Source: a virus (taxonomy: Duplodnaviria > Caudoviricetes). Taken from it: DNA of 27,232 nucleotides. Location of the stretch: IMG/VR virus record IMGVR_UViG_3300032561_000104, positions 1 through 27,232 of that record; one strand, given 5' to 3'. The position numbers and the translations under genes were made by a program. The notes beneath the pieces were generated by a model, which saw only the letters and a program-made list of their open reading frames with translations, did not search any database and was not told the origin of the DNA. Positions 6,949-16,863 of the stretch are shown here, piece after piece; the first letter of the stretch is position 1; each line of letters starts with the position of its first letter.

Positions 6949-8275
6949 TCTCTACTCCTTGTGCATATCCTGCAGCTTGTAAGTCATCTAGGCACTTCTG
7001 TACTTTCTCGCCAATGTCTGTACGGTAAGCAATAGAGTTAGGAATCTCAATCTTCTTCTTAATAGTTCCATAGACCTTATCACGAGCATCTTCAATGGTA
7101 TCGCCTAAGCCTACTACAGTACAGACATAGTCACCTGCAGTAACAAACATAGGTTCATTCTCTTTGAGCTTACCATCAATCATTGCAGGACCTTTGCCCC
7201 ACTGTACTTCACAGAGATGTACGTCAGTAACTGCATCGTCCATGTCAATACCCCAGATAGGGTAACCAGAGTTTTCCTTCTTAGTAACATGACTATAAGG
7301 ATAGTCAGGAATAGCAATCACAACACCAGCAGCAATCTTGTTAGAGACTTTGAGAGTATCTTCACCATTGATTAAATCTAACATCCACTGAGCAGGGTCT
7401 CCTTTGTGAAGGCTTAACTGAATATTAAATAAAGGCCAACCAGGACGCATAGTAAACTCTAGAGGCCATGCTTGACCAGACTTATCAACAATACAGTTAA
7501 CGTCAATATAGCCAGTATATCCGAGACCATGTAACATATCCTCTAGGGGTTTAAGCATTTCGTCAGCTAGTTTAGACTCTTGGGTGTAACGAACAATCGT
7601 GCCCATCTCTCCAGTGGTCACACCTAGCTCACCGTCCATGAGCTTCTTGTGTTCCCAAGACTCACAGAAGTTCTTAGAAAAACCACAAGCACCGAACCAA
7701 CCACCTACACCGAACTCAATCCCTGGACGGAACTCTTGCAAGATAAACTTACCTTTAAGAGCATTCTTTTTCTTCCAACGATTTAACATGTAAATCATAT
7801 CTGCAGCAGACTTCGCTACATAAGAAAGAGTTTTATCTCCATCACCAATAGGTTTAGACACAAACCTACGTGGGTTTTCTTTCACGTAAGCAATAGCTTC
7901 ATCATACTTTTCAAAGGTACGACTAGGAATAGTTTTAATCCCTGCCATATTAAGAACCTTTTCACCGTGGTCACGTTCTTGTTCCCAACGATTTGTATCA
8001 ACGGAAGGCCCAAAGATAGGATAACCTTTATCACGGTAACGCTCTAAGCCATGAATGTAAAAGACATTATCTGTACAGAACACAAGGTCTGCCCAGTTCA
8101 TACTGTCTTCCCAGTTGCTTACACGCTTAACAAGTCCACCATCTCCTACTTCAGAGCGTGAGCCATCTTTGTTGTGTCTGATAAAGATACGAACTTCATG
8201 TCCCCACGCTTGGCTACGTAATGCAAAGGAAAGACCACAACCACATCCTGAAGGGTCGATGATTAATATTTTCAT
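6938..8275 (-). CDS. ATP-grasp ligase, PurD (phosphoribosylamine-glycine ligase)-like, divergent
   Basis: PIFGP, VSKP, LQEFRPGIE, EHKKLMDGELGVTTGEMGT, LEFTMRPGWP and C-terminal YRTDIG align with PurD motifs. Confidence 0.85.
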   Translation of the reverse strand: MKILIIDPSGCGCGLSFALRSQAWGHEVRIFIRHNKDGSRSEVGDGGLVKRVSNWEDSMNWADLVFCTDNVFYIHGLERYRDKGYPIFGPSVDTNRWEQERDHGEKVLNMAGIKTIPSRTFEKYDEAIAYVKENPRRFVSKPIGDGDKTLSYVAKSAADMIYMLNRWKKKNALKGKFILQEFRPGIEFGVGGWFGACGFSKNFCESWEHKKLMDGELGVTTGEMGTIVRYTQESKLADEMLKPLEDMLHGLGYTGYIDVNCIVDKSGQAWPLEFTMRPGWPLFNIQLSLHKGDPAQWMLDLINGEDTLKVSNKIAAGVVIAIPDYPYSHVTKKENSGYPIWGIDMDDAVTDVHLCEVQWGKGPAMIDGKLKENEPMFVTAGDYVCTVVGLGDTIEDARDKVYGTIKKKIEIPNSIAYRTDIGEKVQKCLDDLQAAGYAQGVESGC

Positions 8276-8278
8276 TGT

Positions 8279-11200
8279 TTAATAACCTTTTAATGCCCTG
8301 TATAAAGGGTCTTTAGCTTTTCTTTTAGCAGCAGCTAAAGCATCCTTTTTTGAAAAGTATTGAGATTGTGCTTCTTTTTGTGATACATTTTGCTGTGCTC
8401 CTAATTGCTCAGAAGCAGATTCACGAAGTTCTTTTTTACCAGATAATAAATCTGCAGCAGTTTTTAAAGGAGGTACTAATTTCTCAGCTTGTTTTAAAGT
8501 ATCAAAAGCAGTATCGCCTATATCAAAACCGTTAGGACCACTTTCCCATATATGCTGACCAGTAAAGAAATCACGATTCATTAAACTTTCAGCAATAGTT
8601 TTAGTACCTGGTGGTAAATTATATGCTTCAGCTAAAAGTGCAGAAACATCTTTATCGCCTAGTAATACATGGTAAGCTGTGTAAGGAATAGTAGCTGCTC
8701 CTGCTCTTCTTTGTTGAGCATCAGGGTCCCCGCTTACAAACTTAGCAACAGAATCCCATATATAAGGATATACTACTCCTATATTAAAAGCAATAAAAGC
8801 TAAATGTTGAGCAGCGTCTACCCTGCTAGTTACTGATGTTTCATTTTGAATAGCTAAATCATGTAAGCTACTAGCCATAGATTTAAACTGTCCGTAGTGA
8901 TACCTACCGAACGTATTAAAAACTCTGCTTTGCATGGCTTGTGACATACCTCTAGACAAAGCAGCAGAGACTGCCTCAGGCATCCCAGGAATTTTCATCA
9001 TCGCATCGTAGCCAATACGAGTAGGGACTTGATAATTTGGATTATGAGTTTCTACATAATTTTTTAAAGCTGTATTAAGAATGTCTACGCCCTTCTTAGA
9101 AGCTAAGTGCCTGTAAGCAGACAACATAAAAATATCCGACCCGCCCCAAAGAGCATGTTTAGATTTATCATAAATAGCGTCCACTAATTTAACAGGAGAT
9201 AGCCCAATCTTTTTAGCTATACTATCTAACTCTTTTTTAGGAAGAGTTTTTTCAATGTGCTCAACAGCATCTTTTGCTAGTACATTCCCATACTGTAACC
9301 CCATCCCACTTTCAAGATAACGAATATATTCAGGAGTCACATTAGCTACGTCATTTATTGCTTGATACATAGATTTTGCAATACTTTTATATTGCCAAGG
9401 TTTAACAAAATCCCAACCAACAGTGGTAAACCAGTGGTCTTGAGCATTGAATAAATGGGGTACAGGATTCCAAAATAAAGTACCAACAGCAGCACTATTG
9501 AACTGCTCTAACAATGAAGCACCTTTTAAACCTTTGCTGATACCATCTTCAAAAGCTTCAGCAAAACGTTTATCAACCCAAACCTTTTCTAAACTAGGAT
9601 GGCCTTCTACACTAACAAACCCTGAAGGAGCCTCTTTAGTCGTTGCTTTATCTGCAGCAAATCCCTCATTCTTAAGAGTATTTAAAGTATCCTTTAAAAA
9701 TGCAGACTCACGTTGATATTTTTTAAGCTGAGCTTCAGCAATAAGATAGTTTGCTACAACATCTTTCTTGTAACGTACAGGGGTCTGTGCTTCAATCTCT
9801 TCAGTAGTGGCTTGAACTACTTTAGCCTTTTGTCCGTCCTTGGTAGTAATTTCATTGCCAATGTCAGGTTTGTTTTCTTGATTACCTTTAAATAAAGGTT
9901 CTTTTTGTTTTGTACCTTCAGCATAGCTATGTAAAGCCATACCATCACGGTTAACAACTTGTCTCCTACCATCAGGATATTCAAGAGCTAACATGCTTCT
10001 TTCTTTTTGAGTGCCTGCTTTACGCCCAAAGCTTGTGTGACCTAAAACATTTTCACCCCAAGACTTAACAGTGTCCCTCCAAGTTCTATCCGCACGTCTA
10101 ATGTTATGGCCTTCAATACCTTCCATAGTATCAGGCATAGCTTCGCCATGTTCAGCTTTAACTTCACGATAAAGTTTACTTACACGTTCAACCAAAGGAT
10201 CTACTTGTTCTTTTTTAATTGCGAGTTGCTCATCTGTTAAAGGTCTTCCAGCTTCTTCAGCTTGGTTATGATATATATCTTCTGAACGGGCTTCATCAGA
10301 AAATTTACGAGCCTCATCACCAGCTTTAATAATGTCTGCTGTTTCTCTGTTCTTTAATGTATTAAGCCCTTCAGAAAGAGAATTAACTCTTTTCATAATA
10401 GGACCTTCAGTGCTCACTTTAGGAAGAGATAAAGTTTCTTCTTTTACTATAGGAGCACCTTCAACAGAAACTTTAGCTACAGGTTCTTGTTTACGGGCTG
10501 TTGCAGCTTCAGTTCCTACAATAGCTTCTTCTTTAGCAGGTTCTACAGCTTTCTCTAAAGGAGTTTTAGAAGCTTGTTCAATATTTTCAGGAGACCTAGC
10601 TTTAATACTTTCAGCAAGATTAGCTGCTTTACTTTCAATAGCACGTGTGAGACCTGTAGCTTTAGGAGCAGCAGCTTGGAAGGCGGCAGCCATTCCTACC
10701 TTAGCAGGGTCTACTTTACCTTCAGTAGCTAATTCCTGCCCAGCTTCGATACCCCCTCCGACACCTGCCATCAATGTACGAGTAATTCCAGGAACTTTAC
10801 CTGGCTGGAAAAATGCTAAGTTAGGTGCTAGTTGTCCAGCAAAAGAAGCACGAGGACGTTGCTGATTTTCACGAATACGAGTTTCGGGGTCTAAGCCTAC
10901 TTCTTTAAGCATTGCTTCAGGGACAGCTTCTTTGACAAAATTATAAACTTTATCAGCTACGTAAGAGCCTCCGAAGCCTCCTGCAAGAGCACCTAAAGCA
11001 GCACCTACAGGTACTGTAACAGGAGCAGCAGGACCTCCTAAAAGACCTAAAGCACCCCCTGCTTCAGCTCCTGCAGCCATCCCTGCTACTCCTCCTGCAG
11101 CACCTGGAATAGCTTCAATACCTGCCTTTAAAGCAGCTTTTCCTCTAGATACAGGTTCTTCTTTAGCGGATTCCGTGGCTTTATATCTACCAAGTTTATC

Positions 11201-11323
11201 TGGCTTAGCCTGAGAAGCTTCCCACTCTTCAGGACTCAAAGATTTTTTAGTTTCTGCAGGAGCAGCTTCTACAGTAACATTTGAACTTTTAGATTGAGAT
11301 GCTTCCCATTCTTCTGGACTCAT
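8279..11323 (-). CDS. Large internal virion / DNA ejection protein
   Basis: 1014 aa, Gly/Ala hydrophobic segment near the N-terminus, helical; third of three ejection-type genes after hub and GNAT. Confidence 0.7.
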   Translation of the reverse strand: MSPEEWEASQSKSSNVTVEAAPAETKKSLSPEEWEASQAKPDKLGRYKATESAKEEPVSRGKAALKAGIEAIPGAAGGVAGMAAGAEAGGALGLLGGPAAPVTVPVGAALGALAGGFGGSYVADKVYNFVKEAVPEAMLKEVGLDPETRIRENQQRPRASFAGQLAPNLAFFQPGKVPGITRTLMAGVGGGIEAGQELATEGKVDPAKVGMAAAFQAAAPKATGLTRAIESKAANLAESIKARSPENIEQASKTPLEKAVEPAKEEAIVGTEAATARKQEPVAKVSVEGAPIVKEETLSLPKVSTEGPIMKRVNSLSEGLNTLKNRETADIIKAGDEARKFSDEARSEDIYHNQAEEAGRPLTDEQLAIKKEQVDPLVERVSKLYREVKAEHGEAMPDTMEGIEGHNIRRADRTWRDTVKSWGENVLGHTSFGRKAGTQKERSMLALEYPDGRRQVVNRDGMALHSYAEGTKQKEPLFKGNQENKPDIGNEITTKDGQKAKVVQATTEEIEAQTPVRYKKDVVANYLIAEAQLKKYQRESAFLKDTLNTLKNEGFAADKATTKEAPSGFVSVEGHPSLEKVWVDKRFAEAFEDGISKGLKGASLLEQFNSAAVGTLFWNPVPHLFNAQDHWFTTVGWDFVKPWQYKSIAKSMYQAINDVANVTPEYIRYLESGMGLQYGNVLAKDAVEHIEKTLPKKELDSIAKKIGLSPVKLVDAIYDKSKHALWGGSDIFMLSAYRHLASKKGVDILNTALKNYVETHNPNYQVPTRIGYDAMMKIPGMPEAVSAALSRGMSQAMQSRVFNTFGRYHYGQFKSMASSLHDLAIQNETSVTSRVDAAQHLAFIAFNIGVVYPYIWDSVAKFVSGDPDAQQRRAGAATIPYTAYHVLLGDKDVSALLAEAYNLPPGTKTIAESLMNRDFFTGQHIWESGPNGFDIGDTAFDTLKQAEKLVPPLKTAADLLSGKKELRESASEQLGAQQNVSQKEAQSQYFSKKDALAAAKRKAKDPLYRALKGY

Positions 11324-12285
11324 TTATTAGCATCCTGATATTGTTGCCATTTAGTATCAGACCAACCAGCAGGTCTATTGTATGTTGTACCTTCTTTATT
11401 AGTAAAGGTATCTTTTTTAGCAGAAGATTTAGTTTCAATTTTAGCAGCAGGTTTTGCTGTTGGTTTAGCAGCAGGAGTTTCTTCTTTATCAGCAGGATGA
11501 AAACGTTCTTCTAAAGCTGCGGTACGTGTTGCTTCTTGAGTATCTATATCTTCAAGAGCTTTAGCTTTATCTTTAGGCTTCATAAAAGGGTCTACAGATA
11601 TTTTTGTACGGGCAGTATCAAAGCCACGTTGCAGAGTTGCTATTTGAGTATTGTACTGCGCCTCACGTTTATCTGCTTGTTTTTCTTGTGCTGTTTCTTT
11701 ACCAGCTTGGTTTTGTGCAGAATTACGTTCTAAAGCTAACCAATGATTTTCTAAAGAATCTTCATGCTGTTGTTTAATCTGAGCATTCATTACTGCTAAT
11801 ATAGATTTATTTTTTTCAGATTCACTAGTAGCTAAGTCTCCAAGATATTTTTTACCTTGAGCTATACCTTCAGGAGTATCAGGGAGCTTATCTACGTTTG
11901 CTCTTAAAATCATAGCAGTATTGGTATCTACTCCTGAAGTAGAAATAGCATCATATAAACCTTTTTTATCAGTAGCTCCTGAGGCAAGACGAGCACCAAT
12001 ATCAAATTGTTTAATTTGAGTTTCTACTTGTTTTAATTTTGTTTCAGCAGCATCTTTACCAAACTCTGTGGCTTGTTTTTGAAAAGAATGTGCTAAAGAA
12101 GCATTGCCAGTCATACCAGCTAACTGTGAAGCTCTTTGTGCTACTTGTTGAGCAGCTTGTGGGTCTTGAGTGTCTACACCTTTGTAAGCAGCTTCTAAAA
12201 CATTACCAGCAGTAATGTCTTGACCAATCTGCTTACCTGTTTGATAGCCTGTGCTGACAATATCAGCTAAGTTATATAATGGCAT
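11320..12285 (-). CDS. Internal virion / DNA ejection protein
   Basis: Gln/Ala/Lys-rich helical protein at the middle ejection-gene position. Confidence 0.65.
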   Translation of the reverse strand: MPLYNLADIVSTGYQTGKQIGQDITAGNVLEAAYKGVDTQDPQAAQQVAQRASQLAGMTGNASLAHSFQKQATEFGKDAAETKLKQVETQIKQFDIGARLASGATDKKGLYDAISTSGVDTNTAMILRANVDKLPDTPEGIAQGKKYLGDLATSESEKNKSILAVMNAQIKQQHEDSLENHWLALERNSAQNQAGKETAQEKQADKREAQYNTQIATLQRGFDTARTKISVDPFMKPKDKAKALEDIDTQEATRTAALEERFHPADKEETPAAKPTAKPAAKIETKSSAKKDTFTNKEGTTYNRPAGWSDTKWQQYQDANK

Positions 12286-12292
12286 ATTATCC

Positions 12293-12976
12293 TTAAAGAA
12301 CTGCTAAAGCTGCTGGAGCAGCCTGAGCAAAGAAGTCTTCACCAGCAGCACTAGCAGTACTGGTCATATCAGCACCTGCCCAGCTATTAGCACCAGTATC
12401 AAAGATAGAAGAAGAAGCACCGCCTCCAGAACCACCAAGAGTAGTAGCTAAGTTATTCAAAGCATTTGCAGAAGTAACGTTACCGTACAAACCAGCAGCA
12501 GTAGAGGTAAGACCAAGAACGTTAGAAGCACCTTGAGCATTGATTTGATTTTGTAACGAAGCAGAACCAAGAGCAGCAGAGCTTTGAGCTTGTGCAGCAG
12601 AGGCAGGAGACTGGGCAGCACCTGATAAAGTAGCTAACTGATTAAACATAGTATTATAATAATTACTAAAGTTAGATTGCCCAAGAGACTGCAAAGCAGC
12701 AGCTTGACCGCCTGATTGTAGCGTCCCTGTAGCAGCTCCTGCAGCTTGTGCTGTTCGAGTACCTTGTTGTAAGGTTTGTTGATAACCAGGAGAAGACAAC
12801 GCTGAAGCAGGGTTATTTACTAACGTGTTTAACTGTCCTGCAGCTTGAGCACGATATTGTGAATAAGGGTCATAAGTACTTAAAGGAGCAGCTTGAGGTG
12901 CACTTGCTCCTTGAGTATTACCACCTCCGAAGATACTCCCTACTGCGTTACCTATTGAACTGACTACGCTACCCAT
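12293..12976 (-). CDS. DNA pilot / ejection protein (P22 gp7-like)
   Basis: SPGYQ..LQQG......AAATG.LQSG...AL...GQ motif; Gly/Ala/Ser/Gln-rich. Confidence 0.75.
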   Translation of the reverse strand: MGSVVSSIGNAVGSIFGGGNTQGASAPQAAPLSTYDPYSQYRAQAAGQLNTLVNNPASALSSPGYQQTLQQGTRTAQAAGAATGTLQSGGQAAALQSLGQSNFSNYYNTMFNQLATLSGAAQSPASAAQAQSSAALGSASLQNQINAQGASNVLGLTSTAAGLYGNVTSANALNNLATTLGGSGGGASSSIFDTGANSWAGADMTSTASAAGEDFFAQAAPAALAVL

Positions 12977-12985
12977 GATGATTCC

Positions 12986-13438
12986 TTAAATAAATTTACT
13001 ATACAGTTTTTCCATGAATGTATAACCTAAGTATTCTAATAACCTTGAGTTATCTAAGTGAACTTTAGTGCTACACATTATCCTATTAACATTGAGGTTC
13101 TTGAGATGTTCTTCAGCAAACTGAAACATCTTGATACCTGTCCTACCTTTTCTGTGTGTTTTACGAAGATAGTAAATATCTTCTAGTGCTGTTAAGCAAG
13201 ACTTAACGTGTAATGGAGAACAGACAATAAACATCATGTACCCAATTAACTCTTCGTCTTCACGACATGTTATAACTTGCAACATGCCTGATTGTTCTAA
13301 TCCGTAGTAACTTTCCCAATTAGGTTCTAGCTCGTAGCCACCTTTAAAGCCATCTTCTAGTTCATCATAATGCTCAGGGTAGATTTTAATTAAGTCATTC
13401 AAAGCTTCTGAATATTTCTCTACCCTGTAGGTAATCAT
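12986..13438 (-). CDS. GNAT-fold acetyltransferase-like protein
   Basis: DIYYLRKTHRKGRTGIKMF (motif A) and LLEYLGY; typical podovirus position between hub and ejection genes. Confidence 0.85.
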   Translation of the reverse strand: MITYRVEKYSEALNDLIKIYPEHYDELEDGFKGGYELEPNWESYYGLEQSGMLQVITCREDEELIGYMMFIVCSPLHVKSCLTALEDIYYLRKTHRKGRTGIKMFQFAEEHLKNLNVNRIMCSTKVHLDNSRLLEYLGYTFMEKLYSKFI

Positions 13439-13440
13439 TA

Positions 13441-15528
13441 TTATGTCCTATATTGTATCTGTTGTGGCCCGTCTTGTTCTAATTCACCGATACTAAAATC
13501 TACTTCAGCAGCTAATAATCTTATTGGGGCATTATCTGTGCAAAGGAATTCCCATGCTCTACGACGTGCTTGCCCTGTTTGATAAATCTGGGAACGAGAA
13601 GCATTTAAGTTTACTGTACGATAAGGAGACCATGATTGGTAGTCATCATCAGTATGTCTAATGTTCATTGTAGCTCCTACTTTATCGCCTACAATTTCAA
13701 CACGCTGGTAGAACTTACGCTTAGTTGTTCCGCTATCTAATAAGTCTGTTACACTACGGTAATATATCGGAGCACCTGCATCATTGTAGTAATCTGAGGA
13801 TAATGTGTATAATGTACCATCATCATCATTCAATAAATAATAGGTTTCTCCATTACCTGCAAAGAAACTAGGACGGAAATACTGTTCAGCATAGATACCA
13901 GGAATACCTGAATCTTCATCACCAACTGCCCATGAAGTCCATTGAGTCCAGACTTTCTCATTTACATCGTATACTATTGTAACATTAATATCGTGTAAAG
14001 TCAAGACATAAAAGGTATGTCCCTCAACACGCATAGAAAAAGACCTAATATCCGTTAAAGTGCTGTTTTGCAGAATACGGTCAATATAAGGAGTAGAAGC
14101 TTTAGAAGGAGCAGTTCCTGAAAGAGCGTAGACTGAAGGCCCTAAGTCTTTAGAAGTTCCTACAAATAAGACTACGTTTTCAAAGGCTGAGATAGAGTCA
14201 CCATTAGCACAGCCTAGCTCAATCTTGTAAGAAGAAGCCACAGACAAAGGAGAGCCTGGATAGTTACCAGCATCGTAGAAGAACTCAATAGAGTTTGTTC
14301 CAAAGCTTAAAATGTAGTTTAAATGCTTACAAAGACCTACTTGAGTGTCAGGGTCTGACTCTGCAGTAATGTAGTTTAAAGCATTCCATGAAGTAGGGTC
14401 GTTAGGATTAGAAGTATATATCTGTCCATTAGGGCTACCAATGACTGTATAAGTATCCAGATAAGGTGCTCCAGGGACTAACTGACCTGTAGGAAAGCCA
14501 TTAAGCTCAGCAATCGCCGTAGCTCCAGTACCTGCTGTAGGCGTAAAAGCACCTGTCCATTGGATAATAGCAGTACCATCTAAGCCTACACCGCCTGTGC
14601 CTGTAAGACTAACAAACAATACTGTAGCTGTGCCATCTGAAGCAGAACCAGAAGTAAAGGTAGGCTCAGAAGCTCCTGTAGTGCCTGATGCTGTGCATAC
14701 GTATAAATAACCTAAAGAATTGACAAACTCTTGACCTCTAAGGATATTCCATCCTGTTGTCCAGCCAGGAGCTACATCAGAACCATTAATAGTAGGAGCT
14801 ACAATACCTGTAGTACCTGCTGCTAATACTTTATAAGAGTTACTGCTAGTAGTATAAGTAGCTCCAGTACCTTCCGCAGTACTTGCTGTCCAAGTAGCTG
14901 TAGTACCTCCAGCATCAGTAATCGTAACTACTAATGTATCTGAAGTTGTGTACCCTGTACCACCGTTAGTGATGGTAATTCCTGTACATACACCTCCTGT
15001 AGCTTGTACAGTACCTGTAGCTGTTGTACCGCCTCCTGAAGGAGCTGAGAAAGTTACTACAGGAGTAATATAGCCTGTACCACCTGTAACGATAGTCGCT
15101 AAAACAATATTGTCATCTAATACTTGAGAAAAGACATTAGTCGTAGGATTGTAGGTGTAACCATGTACTTGATTCTGAACAAACAAATAAGTATTGTTTA
15201 ATGTAGTATTGAAATAACAATCCTGTACTTCACCTCCGATAGTACCCGTCATAGTCCCTATAGTTGTTACTGCATAGGTCGTAGGGTCAATCTTGTAAAG
15301 TACGTTGTTTAAAGCAGCGAAAAGGAAACCATTAAACAAGGTTAGTCCCTGTGCTTGCGTTACTGGCAAAGGAGGAGTAGTAGTTATGGATGATAGCCCC
15401 GCTCTCTTGACAAACTCACGCTTACCATTTGTAGTTTCAAAATAGCCGTTGACACACTTGGAGTCTTTATTTAAAGTTCCATTTCGAGTCTCAATAGGTT
15501 GAGACAGAGGTATACGGTCTATTGGCAT
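13441..15528 (-). CDS. Tail hub / packaged DNA stabilization protein (P22 gp10-like) with internal insertion
   Basis: AESDPD, FG.NSIEFF, IELGC, EGHTFYVL, TIVYD.....W, DDDYQSWS, GQARRR motifs of gp10-like beta-propellers. Confidence 0.85.
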   Translation of the reverse strand: MPIDRIPLSQPIETRNGTLNKDSKCVNGYFETTNGKREFVKRAGLSSITTTPPLPVTQAQGLTLFNGFLFAALNNVLYKIDPTTYAVTTIGTMTGTIGGEVQDCYFNTTLNNTYLFVQNQVHGYTYNPTTNVFSQVLDDNIVLATIVTGGTGYITPVVTFSAPSGGGTTATGTVQATGGVCTGITITNGGTGYTTSDTLVVTITDAGGTTATWTASTAEGTGATYTTSSNSYKVLAAGTTGIVAPTINGSDVAPGWTTGWNILRGQEFVNSLGYLYVCTASGTTGASEPTFTSGSASDGTATVLFVSLTGTGGVGLDGTAIIQWTGAFTPTAGTGATAIAELNGFPTGQLVPGAPYLDTYTVIGSPNGQIYTSNPNDPTSWNALNYITAESDPDTQVGLCKHLNYILSFGTNSIEFFYDAGNYPGSPLSVASSYKIELGCANGDSISAFENVVLFVGTSKDLGPSVYALSGTAPSKASTPYIDRILQNSTLTDIRSFSMRVEGHTFYVLTLHDINVTIVYDVNEKVWTQWTSWAVGDEDSGIPGIYAEQYFRPSFFAGNGETYYLLNDDDGTLYTLSSDYYNDAGAPIYYRSVTDLLDSGTTKRKFYQRVEIVGDKVGATMNIRHTDDDYQSWSPYRTVNLNASRSQIYQTGQARRRAWEFLCTDNAPIRLLAAEVDFSIGELEQDGPQQIQYRT

Positions 15529-15529
15529 A

Positions 15530-16279
15530 TTAGTTAGGTTGTCCGAAAGTATTATTAGCCATGCGAAGGTCAGCTTGAAAGAATGTTGATACTGATTCTA
15601 CATCATAGTCTGTAAGCTGTTCACGATACATCTGTGCTCTTTGAGCAATCTCTTGACGATGATTAGCTGGTACAGAATACTCAATAGCGAGCTGGTCAGC
15701 TAAGTTCCATACTAAAGTATTCATCCACTCTACAGGGAAGTTAGGCACTGAAGAACCGTAGTTTACGTCTTGAATAGGCTGTTGAGCCATGAAGTAAAGT
15801 TCATACTGGTATGCAGCATTGTAGTCAGGAGTCAAGTAAACATACATGTTACCTGTGTTCTGACGAATCTCATAGTAAATAGAGTTAGCTACTCCAGTGC
15901 TAAACTTAGAACCTAATGTCTTATATTCTTGTTGGCTAAGGAGCTGAACAGGGGTATCAATAGGAGGTGTTACAGTAGTCTGACGTAACCAAGCCTGAAT
16001 AACCTTTAAAGGCTTGTCAGCATCTAAGTCTACTGTAGGATTCTGTGAGATAGGACCAATAGAATACTGAGTCTGTCCGTTAACTAAAGGAAGGACTAAT
16101 TGATTGACTGTCCACAGCTTTAGACCTTCAGTCTGCATTTGCTTGACAAAGAGATTCAAAGCTAAAGAAGCGTTAGCTACTGTCTCTGAATCAGGAGTAG
16201 AACCCAATTCTAAAATTCCAAGTTTCCTGCACGCCAACGTTATAATTTGGTCCCTCGTCACACTAAAAGTACTACTCAT
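15530..16279 (-). CDS. Head-to-tail adaptor (P22 gp4 / tail tubular A-like)
   Basis: II..A.RKLG...LN......Q.EGL.LW...L..GQ.QY pattern; directly upstream of the hub. Confidence 0.8.
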   Translation of the reverse strand: MSSTFSVTRDQIITLACRKLGILELGSTPDSETVANASLALNLFVKQMQTEGLKLWTVNQLVLPLVNGQTQYSIGPISQNPTVDLDADKPLKVIQAWLRQTTVTPPIDTPVQLLSQQEYKTLGSKFSTGVANSIYYEIRQNTGNMYVYLTPDYNAAYQYELYFMAQQPIQDVNYGSSVPNFPVEWMNTLVWNLADQLAIEYSVPANHRQEIAQRAQMYREQLTDYDVESVSTFFQADLRMANNTFGQPN

Positions 16280-16862
16280 GGTTATTCCTTATTCTAGTAT
16301 TATAGGCTAAACGTTTTTCACGTATTTTAGCTTTTGTTTCTTCGGAGTGTTTTCTTCCGAACATTGGATTTTTATTGCCTGTTCTTGTTTTAGCAGATTC
16401 AGATATTAATTTTCTTGTTGTCTCTGTGGTAGCTGCTTTACGAGCTTCAGACATTTTAGCTTTAGATTCTTCTGTATGTGTTTTACCAAAGAAAGCATTT
16501 TTATCGCCTATACGCTTAGAAGCTGCTCTGCCTATCTTTGCTTTTGTCTCTGCTGAATGATGTTTACCATATAAAGGATGCTCTTCACCCTTCATAGTAT
16601 TTCCTTCACCGCCAGGTGCAATATTACATAATTTTACACCTAAACGCCTAAGCTGGTCAATTCGTTCAATCTCAGCAAGGAAAGCAAGTTCTTCATCTAA
16701 ACCTTTAGCTACAAAATTAACTGTAAAACCATTAGCCTTGTTTACAATATTTATCCAATGTTTGTTTCTGCTCCATCCAGCAGTTGCACGTCTACCTTTT
16801 CCTTTACCTACATAAAAGATTTCATTGGTATCGTTTCGTACATGCTCGTAGACATAAAACAT
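16272..16862 (-). CDS. Free-standing GIY-YIG homing endonuclease with NUMOD3 repeats
   Basis: FYVY...FYVGKG..RR, E...I, NIAPGGEG; repeats HPLYGKHHSAETKAKI, NAFFGKTHTEESKAKM, NPMFGRKHSEETKAKI. Confidence 0.9.
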   Translation of the reverse strand: MFYVYEHVRNDTNEIFYVGKGKGRRATAGWSRNKHWINIVNKANGFTVNFVAKGLDEELAFLAEIERIDQLRRLGVKLCNIAPGGEGNTMKGEEHPLYGKHHSAETKAKIGRAASKRIGDKNAFFGKTHTEESKAKMSEARKAATTETTRKLISESAKTRTGNKNPMFGRKHSEETKAKIREKRLAYNTRIRNNHE

Positions 16863-16863
16863 A

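Noticed and set aside
6938-8275. Calling the gene purD, an auxiliary purine biosynthesis gene
   Set aside because: Bacterial PurD substrate motifs are altered and the context is structural; gene symbol withheld.
6578-12963. Plus-strand ORFs opposite late genes, such as 10332..10865 and 6578..6853
   Set aside because: Antisense shadows produced by codon bias of the - strand genes.
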